64,000 nucleotides of DNA from an uncultured Desulfarculus sp. Its GTDB lineage: Bacteria > Desulfobacterota > Desulfarculia > Desulfarculales > Desulfarculaceae. The number at the start of each line of letters is the position of its first letter. Positions within the stretch are counted from its first letter, which is position 1. Positions 10,329-21,100 of this stretch are shown in pieces. Under the pieces are notes generated by a model. The model did not search any database, had not been told where the DNA came from, and saw nothing but the letters and a program-made list of their open reading frames with translations. The stretch lies in NCBI GenBank assembly GCA_963665125.2, contig CAXXUK010000001.1, positions 832,001-896,000 on the forward strand, written 5' to 3'. Made by a program: the position numbers and the translations under genes.

Positions 10329-10632
10329 CTATTTCTCCCGATTGGTTCCACCTTCATTTATCGATGATACCTACCTAAAGCGCGAATAGGAATAATACAA
10401 ATAGGAAAAGTAGGAAAATGGCGAAGGGTAAGTGGACGCGATATACGAAAATGCGATATTTGCCGGGGTAATGATATGTGAAAATTGGCATAAGCTGCTG
10501 TTTGCCAATTTTTGGTATGATTACATTCAAGCCGAGTGTTGACGATTTCCGCCAAGGCAAGGCGTTTTGTAGGATTAAGTTTTAATTAGTCGGGGCGTTT
10601 ATTTAACGTTCGGTTATTAGTGCGAAGTAAAT

Positions 10633-10650
10633 TTGTGCAAAAAAATACAA
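10633..10650. promoter_or_regulatory. Possible Rex (NADH/NAD+ sensor) operator in the nfnA / rnfB-fusion divergent region
   Basis: TTGTGCAAAAAAATACAA matches 10 of 14 defined positions of TTGTGAA-N4-TTCACAA. Confidence 0.3.
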
Positions 10651-10804
10651 AAGGGGCTTGGAAACAAATGCTCCATGGGGTTACATTAACCTCTGAAAAT
10701 GATTCAGACCGTGCGGGGGTGGCGGCTGCCGGGTGTCTGAAGATTATAACTATCAGTATTTCCTTGTAAATGTCGAAGGGATTACTCAACAAGGGGACAA
10801 CATA

Positions 10805-12844
10805 ATGATTGTTGAGGCTCTGGCGATTGGCGGACTGGGCTTAGCAGCCGCCTTAGGCCTTGGCGTTGCTGCCAAGATTTTCGCTGTGGAAGTCGATCCG
10901 GTCGTACAGGCGATAGAAGAAGCGCTGCCGGGCGCAAACTGCGGCGGTTGCGGAATGGCCGGTTGCTCTTCGGCTGCCGAGGCCATGGCAACAGGTAGGA
11001 TATTACCGAGCGCCTGCGTGGGTGGCGGGCCGGAGGTGCAGGCCGAAGTTGCGGCTATCCTGGGCATGGAACTCAAAGCGTCCGAACCGATTTTGGCCGA
11101 TATCAATTGCCGTTATTCCACGGCCTGCGCTGACGTCAAATATGAATATCAAGGTTTGCAGGACTGCCGAGCGGCTGTTCTTTTATTTGGCGGGCCGAAA
11201 GAGTGCCCCGTTGGTTGCCTTGGTTTGGGAACCTGCGTCACCAACTGTCCGTTCGGGGCCATTAAGATAGGACCGGCCGGATTGCCCGTGGTCGACGCCA
11301 GCCTTTGCACCGGCTGCGGCACCTGTGAGCGGGTTTGCCCCATGGGTTCGGCCGGGCTCAGCTCCATGACCAACAGGATTTTGGGCGAATACACCGCCGA
11401 CGAGTGCACCGCGCCCTGCCAGCGCACTTGTCCGGCGGGCATTGATGTGGCCCGGTATATCGACTTGGCCTCAAAGGGCCAATACGAGCATGCCTTGGCG
11501 GTGATCCGCGAGCGCAATCCGCTGCCGCTGATCTGCGGCCGCATCTGTCCGCGGCCCTGTGAGATAGCCTGCCGCCGCAACCTAGCCGACGAACCGGTGG
11601 CCATTGACGCAATCAAACGTTTCCTGGCCGACTATGAGATGAATTCCGGCAAGCGCTACGAGCAGTACAAGGCCCCGGCAACCGACCGCAAGGTCGCGGT
11701 TATCGGCGGCGGCGCCGAAGGTCTCACCGCAGCTTATTTCCTGGCCCGCATGGGCCACTCCCCGGCCATATTCGAGGCGGAACAAGAGCTCGGCGGCCTG
11801 CTGCGCACGGCCATTCCGGAGAATAGATTGCCCAGAAATGTCCTGGACTGGGAGATTCAGGGCATCTTGGATGTCGGCGTCGAGGCCCACACCGGCAAGG
11901 CCCTGGGCCGCGATTTCAGCTTGAGCAGCCTTTTTGAAGACGGCTTTGAGTCCGTGATCATGGCTCCGGGCGGTTGGGACACCATGACCACCGCGGGACG
12001 CAGCCCCGAAGAGGCGGCCGGGCTGCCTGGGGTTCATCTGCTGCTGGCCCTGAACATGGCTTGGGCCATGGGCCGCCAGGTGGACCTGGGCGACAACGTT
12101 GTGCTCATCGGCGGCGGCAAGGAGGCTGTCGGTACGGCCCTGAAGGTCAAACAGCAGGGCGCGTCCAGGGTGAGCCTGTTGTGGCGTGAGAGCCAGGGAG
12201 CCCTGGGCATTGACGACAGTGAGTTGGAAAAGCTTTCCTCCGCGGCCATCGCCTACAGCTTCAACGCCACGGCCACCGGGCTCACCGGCCGGGGCCAAAC
12301 CATGGAAAATCTGGAATTCGAAGCCAACGGCGGCGAGAACATCATTTCCGGGATTTCCGCAGTGGTTGTGGCCAGTGGCCGCATGCCCAAGTTCGTCTTC
12401 ACCAGGATCGTCGATCCATATGAAGACAATCCGGCGGTGCATTGGCGCAGCCTGAGGCCGTACGGGCCCCAAGGTCAGGGCCCCACCGATCTGTTCGATG
12501 ACCTGAAGCCGGTAAGCGATCACCGCGCCGCGGTTGAGGCCATCGGTTCCGGACGGCGGGCCGCGGCCATGGTTCACAGGGTTCTGAGCGGCATGGAAGA
12601 GCAAAGGCCCGAAAAAATACTCGGCGCCGGCAAGTGCGGCGTGGACGTCATGGCCCTGGAAGACCTGCTCGACGTTCCGGTGCGCCAGGAAATGCCCCGG
12701 GCGACGCCGGAAAAATTGCTCAACCCCGCCGTGGAGATCGAGCTTGGCTTTGACGAACAAACCCTCAAAGCCGAAGCCTCCCGGTGTCTCAATTGCGGCC
12801 TGTTGTGCTACAAGCGCGACGGCAAACTGCCCGCCCAGGTTTGA
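10805..12844 (+). CDS. rnfB: RnfB-like membrane-anchored Fe-S domain fused to a GltD-like FAD/pyridine-nucleotide oxidoreductase
   Basis: N-terminal TM, ALPGANCGGCGMAGC, GPKECPVGCLGLGTCVTNCPF, then APCQRTCPAG, CGRICPRPCE, IGGGAEG, EASRCLNCG; start at ATG 10805 after AGGGGA. Confidence 0.8.
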   Translation: MIVEALAIGGLGLAAALGLGVAAKIFAVEVDPVVQAIEEALPGANCGGCGMAGCSSAAEAMATGRILPSACVGGGPEVQAEVAAILGMELKASEPILADINCRYSTACADVKYEYQGLQDCRAAVLLFGGPKECPVGCLGLGTCVTNCPFGAIKIGPAGLPVVDASLCTGCGTCERVCPMGSAGLSSMTNRILGEYTADECTAPCQRTCPAGIDVARYIDLASKGQYEHALAVIRERNPLPLICGRICPRPCEIACRRNLADEPVAIDAIKRFLADYEMNSGKRYEQYKAPATDRKVAVIGGGAEGLTAAYFLARMGHSPAIFEAEQELGGLLRTAIPENRLPRNVLDWEIQGILDVGVEAHTGKALGRDFSLSSLFEDGFESVIMAPGGWDTMTTAGRSPEEAAGLPGVHLLLALNMAWAMGRQVDLGDNVVLIGGGKEAVGTALKVKQQGASRVSLLWRESQGALGIDDSELEKLSSAAIAYSFNATATGLTGRGQTMENLEFEANGGENIISGISAVVVASGRMPKFVFTRIVDPYEDNPAVHWRSLRPYGPQGQGPTDLFDDLKPVSDHRAAVEAIGSGRRAAAMVHRVLSGMEEQRPEKILGAGKCGVDVMALEDLLDVPVRQEMPRATPEKLLNPAVEIELGFDEQTLKAEASRCLNCGLLCYKRDGKLPAQV

Positions 12845-12858
12845 AGGTGAGGCTGGAT

Positions 12859-13629
12859 ATGTCATCAATCAAAGATCAGATCATCACGAAAGCCAAAGGG
12901 CTGTTGATTACCGGTGAAGTGGCCGGGGTTGTCGGGCTGCGCCAGACCGGCGAACAGATCGGCCCCTACGTGTTCACAGAGCCGGAACAACTTGACAGCC
13001 TCAATCTGGGCGACAGCGCAGAGCCCGGCGATGCCCGCTATCCCCTGGCCAAGGTTCTGGCCCGGGTGGCCCAGGCCCATCCTGCCGACACCTTTGGGAT
13101 CATCGTGCGGGGTTGCGACGAGCGGGCTCTTCAGGTGCTGGCCGCCGACGGCCGCATCAATCCCCTGAATCTACGGCGGGTGCGGATGATCGGCTTCTCC
13201 TGTCCGGAGGAATTGGCCCAAAAACACGAGTGCCCCAAGCCATGGCCCGACGCGCTTGTCGCCGGAGAGCAGGCCAAGGGCGTTATGCCCCCGGTGTTCG
13301 GCGAGGAAGATCCCCAGGCCGAACTGGCCCAGTGGCTGGCGGTGTTTGACCGCTGCGTCAAATGCTTCGGCTGCCGCAACATCTGCCCGGTGTGCCAGTG
13401 CAAGGAATGCACGGTGGAGGAAGAGGCCTTTGTCCAACAGCGGCAATTGCCCATCGACCCCAGCTTCCTTATGACCAGGGCCGTGCACATGGTGGACCGT
13501 TGCGTGTATTGCGGCCTGTGCGAGGAGGCTTGCCCGGCCGATATCCCCTTGAAGCAACTTTACAGGCTGGTCAGCCGCCTCACGGGCAGGCGGGCCGGCA
13601 GCGGTGCCATAACGGCCAAAGCGTGCTGA
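12859..13629 (+). CDS. FdhB/FlxCD-like 4Fe-4S protein (putative formate dehydrogenase beta subunit)
   Basis: VRGCDERAL, RCVKCFGCRNICPVCQCKEC, RAVHMVDRCVYCGLCEEACPADIP; start at ATG 12859 after GAGG. Confidence 0.75.
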   Translation: MSSIKDQIITKAKGLLITGEVAGVVGLRQTGEQIGPYVFTEPEQLDSLNLGDSAEPGDARYPLAKVLARVAQAHPADTFGIIVRGCDERALQVLAADGRINPLNLRRVRMIGFSCPEELAQKHECPKPWPDALVAGEQAKGVMPPVFGEEDPQAELAQWLAVFDRCVKCFGCRNICPVCQCKECTVEEEAFVQQRQLPIDPSFLMTRAVHMVDRCVYCGLCEEACPADIPLKQLYRLVSRLTGRRAGSGAITAKAC

Positions 13630-13675
13630 GTAAACCAACCATGATCCGATAATGTTGATCAGAAGGTTTATATAG

Positions 13676-15712
13676 ATGGAATATCAATCAACTTTGACTG
13701 TTTGCCCATACTGCGGATGCGGTTGCAGCTTCTATTTGGAGTCTGTGGACGGCAAACTGACGGCCACCACGCCGAACGAGGTCAGCCCGATCAACCAGGG
13801 CAAACTTTGCGTCAAGGGCTGGAACGCTCATGAGTTCGTGCAGAGCGCCCGGAGGCTGACTTCGCCGCTGATCCGCAAGGACGGCCAGCTGGTGGAGTGC
13901 TCCTGGGACGAGGCTCTGGATTTCGTGGCCAATGAAATGCGGCGCATCACCGGCGAGAGCGGCCCGGATTCGGTGGCGTTTTTCGCCTCGGCCAAGGTGA
14001 GCAACGAAGAAAACTATCTCTTGCAGAAATTCGCCCGCGCGGGGGTCGGCACAAATAGCGTCGATCACTGCGCACGTCTCTGACACAGCTCCACGGTGGC
14101 CGGTCTGGCCGCAGCATTCGGGAGCGGTGCCATGACCAACTCCATCGAGGAGTTGGCGACGGCGGATACAATTTTAGTGATCGGTTCCAATACCACCGCG
14201 GCGCACCCGCTGGTGGCCACGCGCCTGTATAGGGCCAAGGCCAGGGGCGCCAAGATTATCGTGGCCGATCCGCGCAAGATTCAGTTGACCACCCAGGCCG
14301 ATCTGCACGTGCGCCAGAAGCTGGGCACGGACGCGGCTCTGATCAACGGCATCATGAACGTGATTTTGGCCGAGGGGTGGCAAAACCAGGAGTTCATCGA
14401 CGAGCGCTGCGAGGGCTTTGAGGAATTCAAGGCCCTGGTGGAGCAGTACACCCCGGACCGGGTGGCAGAAATCACCGGTGTGTCCGAAGGTGATATCCGG
14501 TTGATGGCCCAGTGGTACGCCCAGGCCGAGGCCTCGTCCATTGTTTATTGCATGGGCATTACCCAGCACACCACCGGCGTGGACAACGTCAAGAGCTTGG
14601 CCAACCTGTCCATGCTCTGCGGACAGATCGGCCGCGAGTCCACCGGCGTAAACCCCCTGCGCGGTCAAAACAACGTGCAGGGCGCCTGCGACATGGGCGG
14701 GCTGCCCAACGTGTATCCCGGCTACCAGCCGGTGACCTCCGAGGACGCCCGCAAGAAATTCGAGGCCGCCTGGGGCGTGGAACTCAGTCCCAAGCTGGGC
14801 CTGACGATCCCGGACATCCTCGACGGCATCAACAACGGCGACGTGCGGGCCCTTTATGTGATGGGCGAAAACCCGGTGATGAGCGACCCGGACAGCGAAC
14901 ACGTGGTCAAAGCCCTGAAAAAGGCCGATCTGCTGATTGTCCAGGACATCTTCCTGAACCAGACCGCGGAAATGGCCCATGTGGTGCTTCCCGGCGCCAC
15001 CTATGCCGAAAAGGACGGCACTTTCTCCAACACCGAGCGCCGTGTGCAGCGCATCCGCAAGGCCGTGGAGCCCATGGGCGACAGCAAGCCCGACTGGTGG
15101 ATCATCCAGGAAGTGGCTCGGCGCTTCGGCATGGAAATGAACTTTGAATCGCCCGAACAGATCATGGAAGAGATCGCCCAGGTTACTCCTTCGTACGGCG
15201 GCATCAGCTACGACCGCCTGGAGGGCGAGGGCCTGTGCTGGCCCTGTCCGACCAAGGATCACCCGGGCACCAAGTTCCTGCACGCCGGCAAATTCAGCCG
15301 GGGCAAGGGCCTGTTCCATGCCATTGAATACCGGCCGCCGGCCGAATGCGTGGACGCCGAATATCCCATGTGGCTGACTACTGGCAGGGCTCATGTGCAC
15401 TATCACACCGGCACCATGACCCGCAACAGCCCCAGCCTGCACGCCCAGATGCCCACCGGTTTCGTGGAGGTCAGCCCCTCCGACGCCCAGGCCATGGATA
15501 TCAAGGAAGGCATGCCCGTACGCCTGACCACCCGCAGGGGAACAATAAACGCTCCGGCCATGATCACCGACAGGGTGGAAAAGGGCACCGTGTTTGTTCC
15601 GTTCCACTTTTTCGAGGCCTGCGCCAACACCTTGACCAACCCGGCCCATGACCCGACCTGCAAGATTCCCGAGTATAAGGTCTGTGCCGTGAAGGTTGAA
15701 AAAGCGGCCTAA
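13676..15712 (+). CDS. fdhA: Cytoplasmic Mo/W formate dehydrogenase alpha subunit, selenocysteine-containing (TGA 14081-14083)
   Basis: Track ORFs 13676..14083 and 14096..15712 are in frame; joined they read [15 protein letters not shown], the Fdh active-site motif; N-terminal CPYCGCGC; no Tat signal. Confidence 0.93.
14096..14112 (+). promoter_or_regulatory. SECIS element of fdhA
   Basis: Hairpin GUGGCCG-GUC-UGGCCGC; loop G lies 20 nt after the UGA, similar to the E. coli fdhF SECIS. Confidence 0.8.
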
Positions 15713-15733
15713 CCTCGTAGTTTGACCTGCAAC

Positions 15734-15766
15734 GGCCCCGCAGCCACCAACGGCTGCGGGGTCTTA
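15734..15766 (+). terminator. Probable intrinsic terminator after fdhA
   Basis: CCCCGCAGCC / GGCTGCGGGG stem; weak U-tract. Confidence 0.55.
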
Positions 15767-15845
15767 ATTGTTAGTGTGAAAAAGGCTTTATTCACAGGTT
15801 GTTAGATAGGAAATAAAAAACATCAAACCTTGTGACGGTATTCTC

Positions 15846-15875
15846 TTGACGGATTTGTAATTTCCGTGGTATTGG
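15846..15875 (+). promoter_or_regulatory. Probable sigma70 promoter of fhs
   Basis: TTGACG, 18-nt spacer, extended -10 TGgTATTGG. Confidence 0.4.
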
Positions 15876-16035
15876 CCGGAATTGATTAAATTAGATGGCA
15901 AAAAGGGAGCCTGGCCCACGGCGCGGTGCCGTACGGTACAAGGGCTTTCACCACATTTGGCCGCCGGCGGTGTCCTGCCGGACCCGAGCGCGCGGCGGCC
16001 TATTACATGTGCAGATATCTTAGGGAGGACTATTT

Positions 16036-17808
16036 ATGTCTAAGCTGCCCGATCCTACTAAAAACCCAGATTACGTAATCGCTGAGGCAGCCGAAGAGTT
16101 CATGAAGCCGATCAAAGAGATCGCTGATGGACTCGGCTTGACCGAGGACGAGCTGCTGCTGCATGGTCACTACGTGGCCAAAGTGGACTACAAAAAGGTC
16201 CTGGAGCGCCTGAAAGACAAACCCGACGGCAAGTACATCGACGTGACCGCCATTACCCCGACTCCGCTGGGCGAGGGCAAGAGCACCTCCACCATGGGTC
16301 TGGTCGAAGGTATGGGTAAACTCGGCCTGAACGTCACCGCCGCCATCCGTCAGCCCTCCGGCGGCCCGACCATGAACATCAAGGGCTCCGCCGCCGGTGG
16401 CGGTCTGGCCCAGTGCATTCCGCTGACCCCGTTCTCCCTGGGTCTGACCGGTGACATCAACGCCATCATGAACGCCCACAACCTGGCCATGGTTGCGTTG
16501 AACACCCGTATGCAGCACGAGCGCAACTACACCGACGAGCAGCTGATGCGGCTTTCCAACATGGAGCGCATCAACATCGACCCGACCAACATCGAAATGG
16601 GTTGGATCATCGACTTCTGCTGCCAGGGCCTGCGCAACATTATCATGGGTCTGGGCGGCCGCACCGACGGTTTCCTGATGCAGTCCAAGTTCGGCATCGC
16701 CGTCAGCTCCGAAGTCATGGCCATCCTGGCCGTGGCCAAGGACCTCAAAGACATGCGTGAGCGCATGGGCAAGATCGTCGTGGCTTACGACCGCTCCGGT
16801 AAGGCCATCACCACCGAGGACCTGCAGGTCGCCGGCGCCATGACCGCCTGGATGAACGAGGCCCTGAACCCGAACCTGCTGCAGACCCTTGAAGGTCAGC
16901 CGACCTTCGTGCACGCCGGTCCGTTCGCCAACATCGCCATCGGCCAAAGCTCCATCCTGGCCGACCGCGTGGCCCTGAAGCTCAGCGACTACCATGTGAC
17001 CGAGTCCGGCTTCGGCGCCGACATCGGCTTCGAGAAGTTCTGGAACCTGAAGTGCCGCTTCTCCGGCCTCAAGCCCCACTGCGCCGTGGTCGTGGCCACC
17101 ATCCGCGCCCTGAAGTGCCACGGTGGCGCTCCGATTCCGGTGCCCGGCAAGCCCATGCCTCCCGAGTACCAGGGCGAGAACGTCGAATGGGTCGAGAAGG
17201 GCTGCGCCAACCTGCTGCACCACATCGCCACCGTCAAGAAGGCCGGCATCAACCCGGTCGTCTGCGTCAACAGCTTCTACACTGACACTGACAATGAAAT
17301 CGCCGCCGTCAAGCGCCTGGCCGAAGCCGCCGGCGCCCGCGTGGCCGTCAGCCGTCATTGGGAGAAGGGTGGCGAAGGCGCCATCGAGTTCGCCGAGGCC
17401 GTCAAGGACGCCTGCGCCGAAGAGAACGAGTTCAAGCTGCTGTACGAACTGGAGACTCCGCTGCGTCAGCGCATCGAACTGATCGCCAAGGAAGTCTACG
17501 GCGCCGACGGCGTGGACTACAGCCCCGAGGCCGAGAAGAAGGCCAAGAAGATCGAGGGCGATCCCGAGCTGTCCAAGCTGGGCACCTGCATGGTCAAGAC
17601 CCACCTGTCGTTGACCGACAACCCGGCTCTGAAGGGCGTTCCGAAGAATTGGCGCCTGTACATCCGCGACGTCCTGACCTACGGCGGCGCCGGATTCGTG
17701 GTGCCCGTCGCCGGTACCATCAGCCTGATGCCTGGTTCCGGCTCCAACCCGGCCTTCCGCCGCGTGGACGTCGACACCGAGACCGGCAAGGTCAAGGGCA
17801 TCTTCTAA
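16036..17808 (+). CDS. fhs: Formate--tetrahydrofolate ligase
   Basis: [38 protein letters not shown]; strong GGAGG RBS and strongly biased codon usage. Confidence 0.97.
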   Translation: MSKLPDPTKNPDYVIAEAAEEFMKPIKEIADGLGLTEDELLLHGHYVAKVDYKKVLERLKDKPDGKYIDVTAITPTPLGEGKSTSTMGLVEGMGKLGLNVTAAIRQPSGGPTMNIKGSAAGGGLAQCIPLTPFSLGLTGDINAIMNAHNLAMVALNTRMQHERNYTDEQLMRLSNMERINIDPTNIEMGWIIDFCCQGLRNIIMGLGGRTDGFLMQSKFGIAVSSEVMAILAVAKDLKDMRERMGKIVVAYDRSGKAITTEDLQVAGAMTAWMNEALNPNLLQTLEGQPTFVHAGPFANIAIGQSSILADRVALKLSDYHVTESGFGADIGFEKFWNLKCRFSGLKPHCAVVVATIRALKCHGGAPIPVPGKPMPPEYQGENVEWVEKGCANLLHHIATVKKAGINPVVCVNSFYTDTDNEIAAVKRLAEAAGARVAVSRHWEKGGEGAIEFAEAVKDACAEENEFKLLYELETPLRQRIELIAKEVYGADGVDYSPEAEKKAKKIEGDPELSKLGTCMVKTHLSLTDNPALKGVPKNWRLYIRDVLTYGGAGFVVPVAGTISLMPGSGSNPAFRRVDVDTETGKVKGIF

Positions 17809-17870
17809 GACCGCTCACGACCGTGACGCGGGCCTTGGCCCATGCGTCATGATCGCCGACTAGGCTAACG

Positions 17871-17906
17871 CAAGAGCCGCTCCGACCCGGGGCGGCTCTT
17901 GTTTTT
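17871..17906 (+). terminator. Intrinsic terminator after fhs
   Basis: CAAGAGCCGC / GCGGCTCTTG stem followed by TTTTT. Confidence 0.8.
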
Positions 17907-18198
17907 GGGTCGGTGTTTGTTAACTAAAAAACAAGTCCACACAGCAAGTTGCGCCAAACAGCCTCTATAAATACGAAAAAACTAAGTAAAATACTAGGAA
18001 AGCTTCCAATTAGCCGATTTGTTGTGTATCGTAATAAGTACATGAGATGTACGGAGATGGTATTGATTATGATGCGCTGTATTTCTGTGCGGGCTGGACC
18101 CACCTGACATATCCACCCCAATATTGACTGCAACCAAAGCGAACCAAGCATATAGGCAGCAGGCCGATCGTACGGCCGGGGCTCAGGGAGATGCGGAT

Positions 18199-21100
18199 AT
18201 GGCCAGCGGAGGACAGAACAAGGTTGGGGCTGTGATGGTCGTCGGCGCGGGAATTGCCGGCGTGCAGGCATCTCTTGATTTGGCCAACAGCGGCTTCTAC
18301 GTATACCTCGTCGAGCAGTCGCCGGCAATCGGCGGCAGAATGGCTCAGCTCGACAAGACTTTTCCCACCAATGATTGCGCCATGTGCATTGTTTCGCCCA
18401 AGCTGGTGGAATGCGGACGTCATCTCAATATCGAGGTGATCACCAACGCCGAGGTGCGATCCATCGACGGTACGCCCGGCGCCTTCAGGGTAAGCGTGCA
18501 ACAGGATCCGCGCTACGTATCCGACGACGCCTGTACCGCCTGCGGCGACTGCATCAAGGCCTGCCCGGTGGAAGTGCCCAATGAATTCGACCAGGGTCTC
18601 GGCGTCCGCAATGCAATCTATAAAAAATACGCCCAGGCCTACCCCAACGCCTATTGCATAACCAAACTCGACAAGGCTCCCTGCCGCACGGCCTGCCCGG
18701 CCGGATTGAACGTGCAGGGATATGTGCAGATGGCCAAGCTGGGCCGCCTGGACGATTGCCTGTCAATCATCATGCAGGATCTGCCGCTGCCGGGCGCAAT
18801 CGGCCGGGTCTGCCCCCATCCCTGCGAGGAGGCCTGCCGCCGCCTTGAGGTGGACGAGGCCATCGCCATCCGCGATATCAAACGCCTGGCCGCCGACGAA
18901 GCCGGGGTGAAGAACGTGCCCCAGCCCGATGTGGCCCTGCGCAAGGAAAAGGTGGCCATCGTCGGCGCCGGTCCGGCCGGTTTGGCCTGCGCCTATCACC
19001 TGGCCAGGGCCGGTGTGGGCTCGACGATCTTCGAGGCCGGCAAGGTGCCAGGCGGCGCATTGGCCCAGAGCATTCCGGCCTTCCGCCTGCCCAACGAGAT
19101 ACTGTTCGATGAAATCAGCGTCATCCAGAACATGGGCGTTGAGATCAAGCTAAACGCTCCGGTGGGCAATCTTGACGAGTTGAAAGATTATGACGCCATA
19201 TTCCTGGGCCTGGGCGCGCCCAAGAGCACCAGTCTGGGCCTGGAAGGCGAAGACTCCCAGGGCGTGGTGCCGGCCCTGGAATACCTCCGGCGCGTAAAGC
19301 TGGGCGAGGACCCGCCCGCCGGAAAGAAAGTCGTGGTAATCGGCGGCGGCGACACGGCCATGGACTGCTGCCGCACGGCCCTGCGCAACGGGGCCGACGA
19401 AGTGGTCTGCCTGTATCGCCGCTCCCGGGTGGAGATGCCCGCCAGCCACGAGGAGGTGAGCGAGGCTGAGGAAGAGAACGTCCGGTTCGAATTACTGGCC
19501 GCGCCAACCAAGGTCATCACCAAGGGCGGCAAGGTCACGGCCATCGAATACGTGCGCATGGAACTGGGTGAGCCCGACCAGAGCGGCCGCCGCAGGCCCG
19601 TGCCCGTCGCGGGTTCCGAGCAGGTCATGGAGGCCGATCTGGTGGTCCCGGCAATCGGCCAGGCCACGGAAGTGGGTTTCCTGTCCGGCAGCGGGGTGGC
19701 GGTCAGTAAACGGGGCTACATAGAGGTTGACGACGTGACCTTGGCCACCAGCCGCCAGGGCGTGTTCGCGGGCGGCGACGTGGTCAGCGGGCCTTGGATA
19801 GCCATCGGAGCCATCGCCCATGGCCGGGAGGCGGCCATAAGCATGCTGCGCATGTTCGACGGCCAGGATATGGCCCAGGACCGCACGCCGGTGGGCATGA
19901 AGCCCGAGCCCAAGCTTGGCTGGTCGGATATACCCGAAGACGAGCCCATCAAACCCAGGCAGCGCATGAAATACCGCGACGCCGGGGAACGGGTGGGCGA
20001 CTGGGACCAGTTCGCCATGGGCCTTAGTCCCGAGCAGGGCCGGACCGAGGGCGAGCGCTGTCTAAACTGCGCGGTGTGCTGCGATTGCCTGCAATGCGTG
20101 GCTGCTTGCGAGGCCAAGGCCCCGGCCCATGACCAGCAGCCCCAAGAGCTGGAAATTAGTGTGGGCAGCGTGATCCTTGCGCCGGGCTTTGACGCCTATG
20201 ACCCAAAGGGCTTTGACGTCTACAACTACGCCAATCATCCCAACGTGGTCACGTCCATGGAATTCGAGCGCATCTTGAGCGCCTCGGGGCCCTATCAGGG
20301 CCATTTACAGCGGCCCGGCGACAGCCGGGAGCCCCGCAAGATCGCCTGGCTGCAATGCGTGGGCAGCCGGGACATCAACCACTGCGACAATGGTTATTGC
20401 TCGGCCGTGTGCTGCATGTACGCCATCAAGGAGGCGGTCATCGCCAAGGAGCACAGCCACGAGGACCTGGACACGGCCATTTTCTTCATGGACATGCGCA
20501 CGCCGGGCAAGGACTTTGACAAGTATTTCGAACGGGCCAGGGACGAACACGGCGTGAGGTTCATCCGCAGCCGGGTGCATACCGTCGATCCAGCCCCGGA
20601 CGGCCGCCTGGGCATAGAGTATGTCGACGACAACGGCGAGCCGGTGAACGAATACTTTGACATGGTGGTGCTCAGCGTGGGTCTGCAGACCAGCCCATCG
20701 GCGATCGAGTTGGCCCAACGCCTGGGCGTGGACCTTACCCCTTACAGATTCAGCGACACCAGCAGCTTTTTACCCGTGGGCACCAGCCAGCCCGGAATCT
20801 ACGCCTGCGGTTGCTTCTCCGGGCCCAAGGACATCCCCCAGGCCGTTATGGAGGCCTCGGCCGCGGCCCGTTCGTCGGTCAAGGGCATGGCCGCGGTACG
20901 TGGCACCATGACCAGGGAGCTTGAGTACCCCGTGGAGCACGATGTCAGCGGAGCGGCACCCAGGGTCGGTGTTTTCGTGTGCAACTGCGGTATCAATATC
21001 GGCGGCGTGGTGGATGTGCCGGCGGTGCGTGAATACGCGGCCAAGCTGCCCCACGTGGTCTATGTGGAGGAAAACCTCTTCACCTGTTCCCAGGACACCC

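Noticed and set aside
13676..14083. fdhA, mvhD and the rhodanese gene as pseudogenes or split genes
   Set aside because: Each stop is an in-frame TGA at a Cys-equivalent site with a SECIS-like hairpin; Sec recoding explains them better
15775..15796. Rex site TGTGAA-N10-TTCACA upstream of fhs
   Set aside because: Half-site spacing is far longer than the Rex N4; it may bind another factor but cannot be assigned
15880..16035. ZTP (pfl) or THF riboswitch upstream of fhs
   Set aside because: Conserved motifs of these families were not recognisable; kept only as an unassigned structured leader
16030..17604. 524-aa antisense ORF over fhs (also 14174..15649, 28467..30047, 39093..40787, 47127..49340, 33688..35163)
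   Set aside because: Shadow ORFs caused by GC-rich codon bias on the coding strand; no motifs, and they fully overlap well-supported genes
18375..18390. Selenocysteine in the HdrA N-terminal DCAMC motif
   Set aside because: Both codons are TGC; this HdrA is the Cys form
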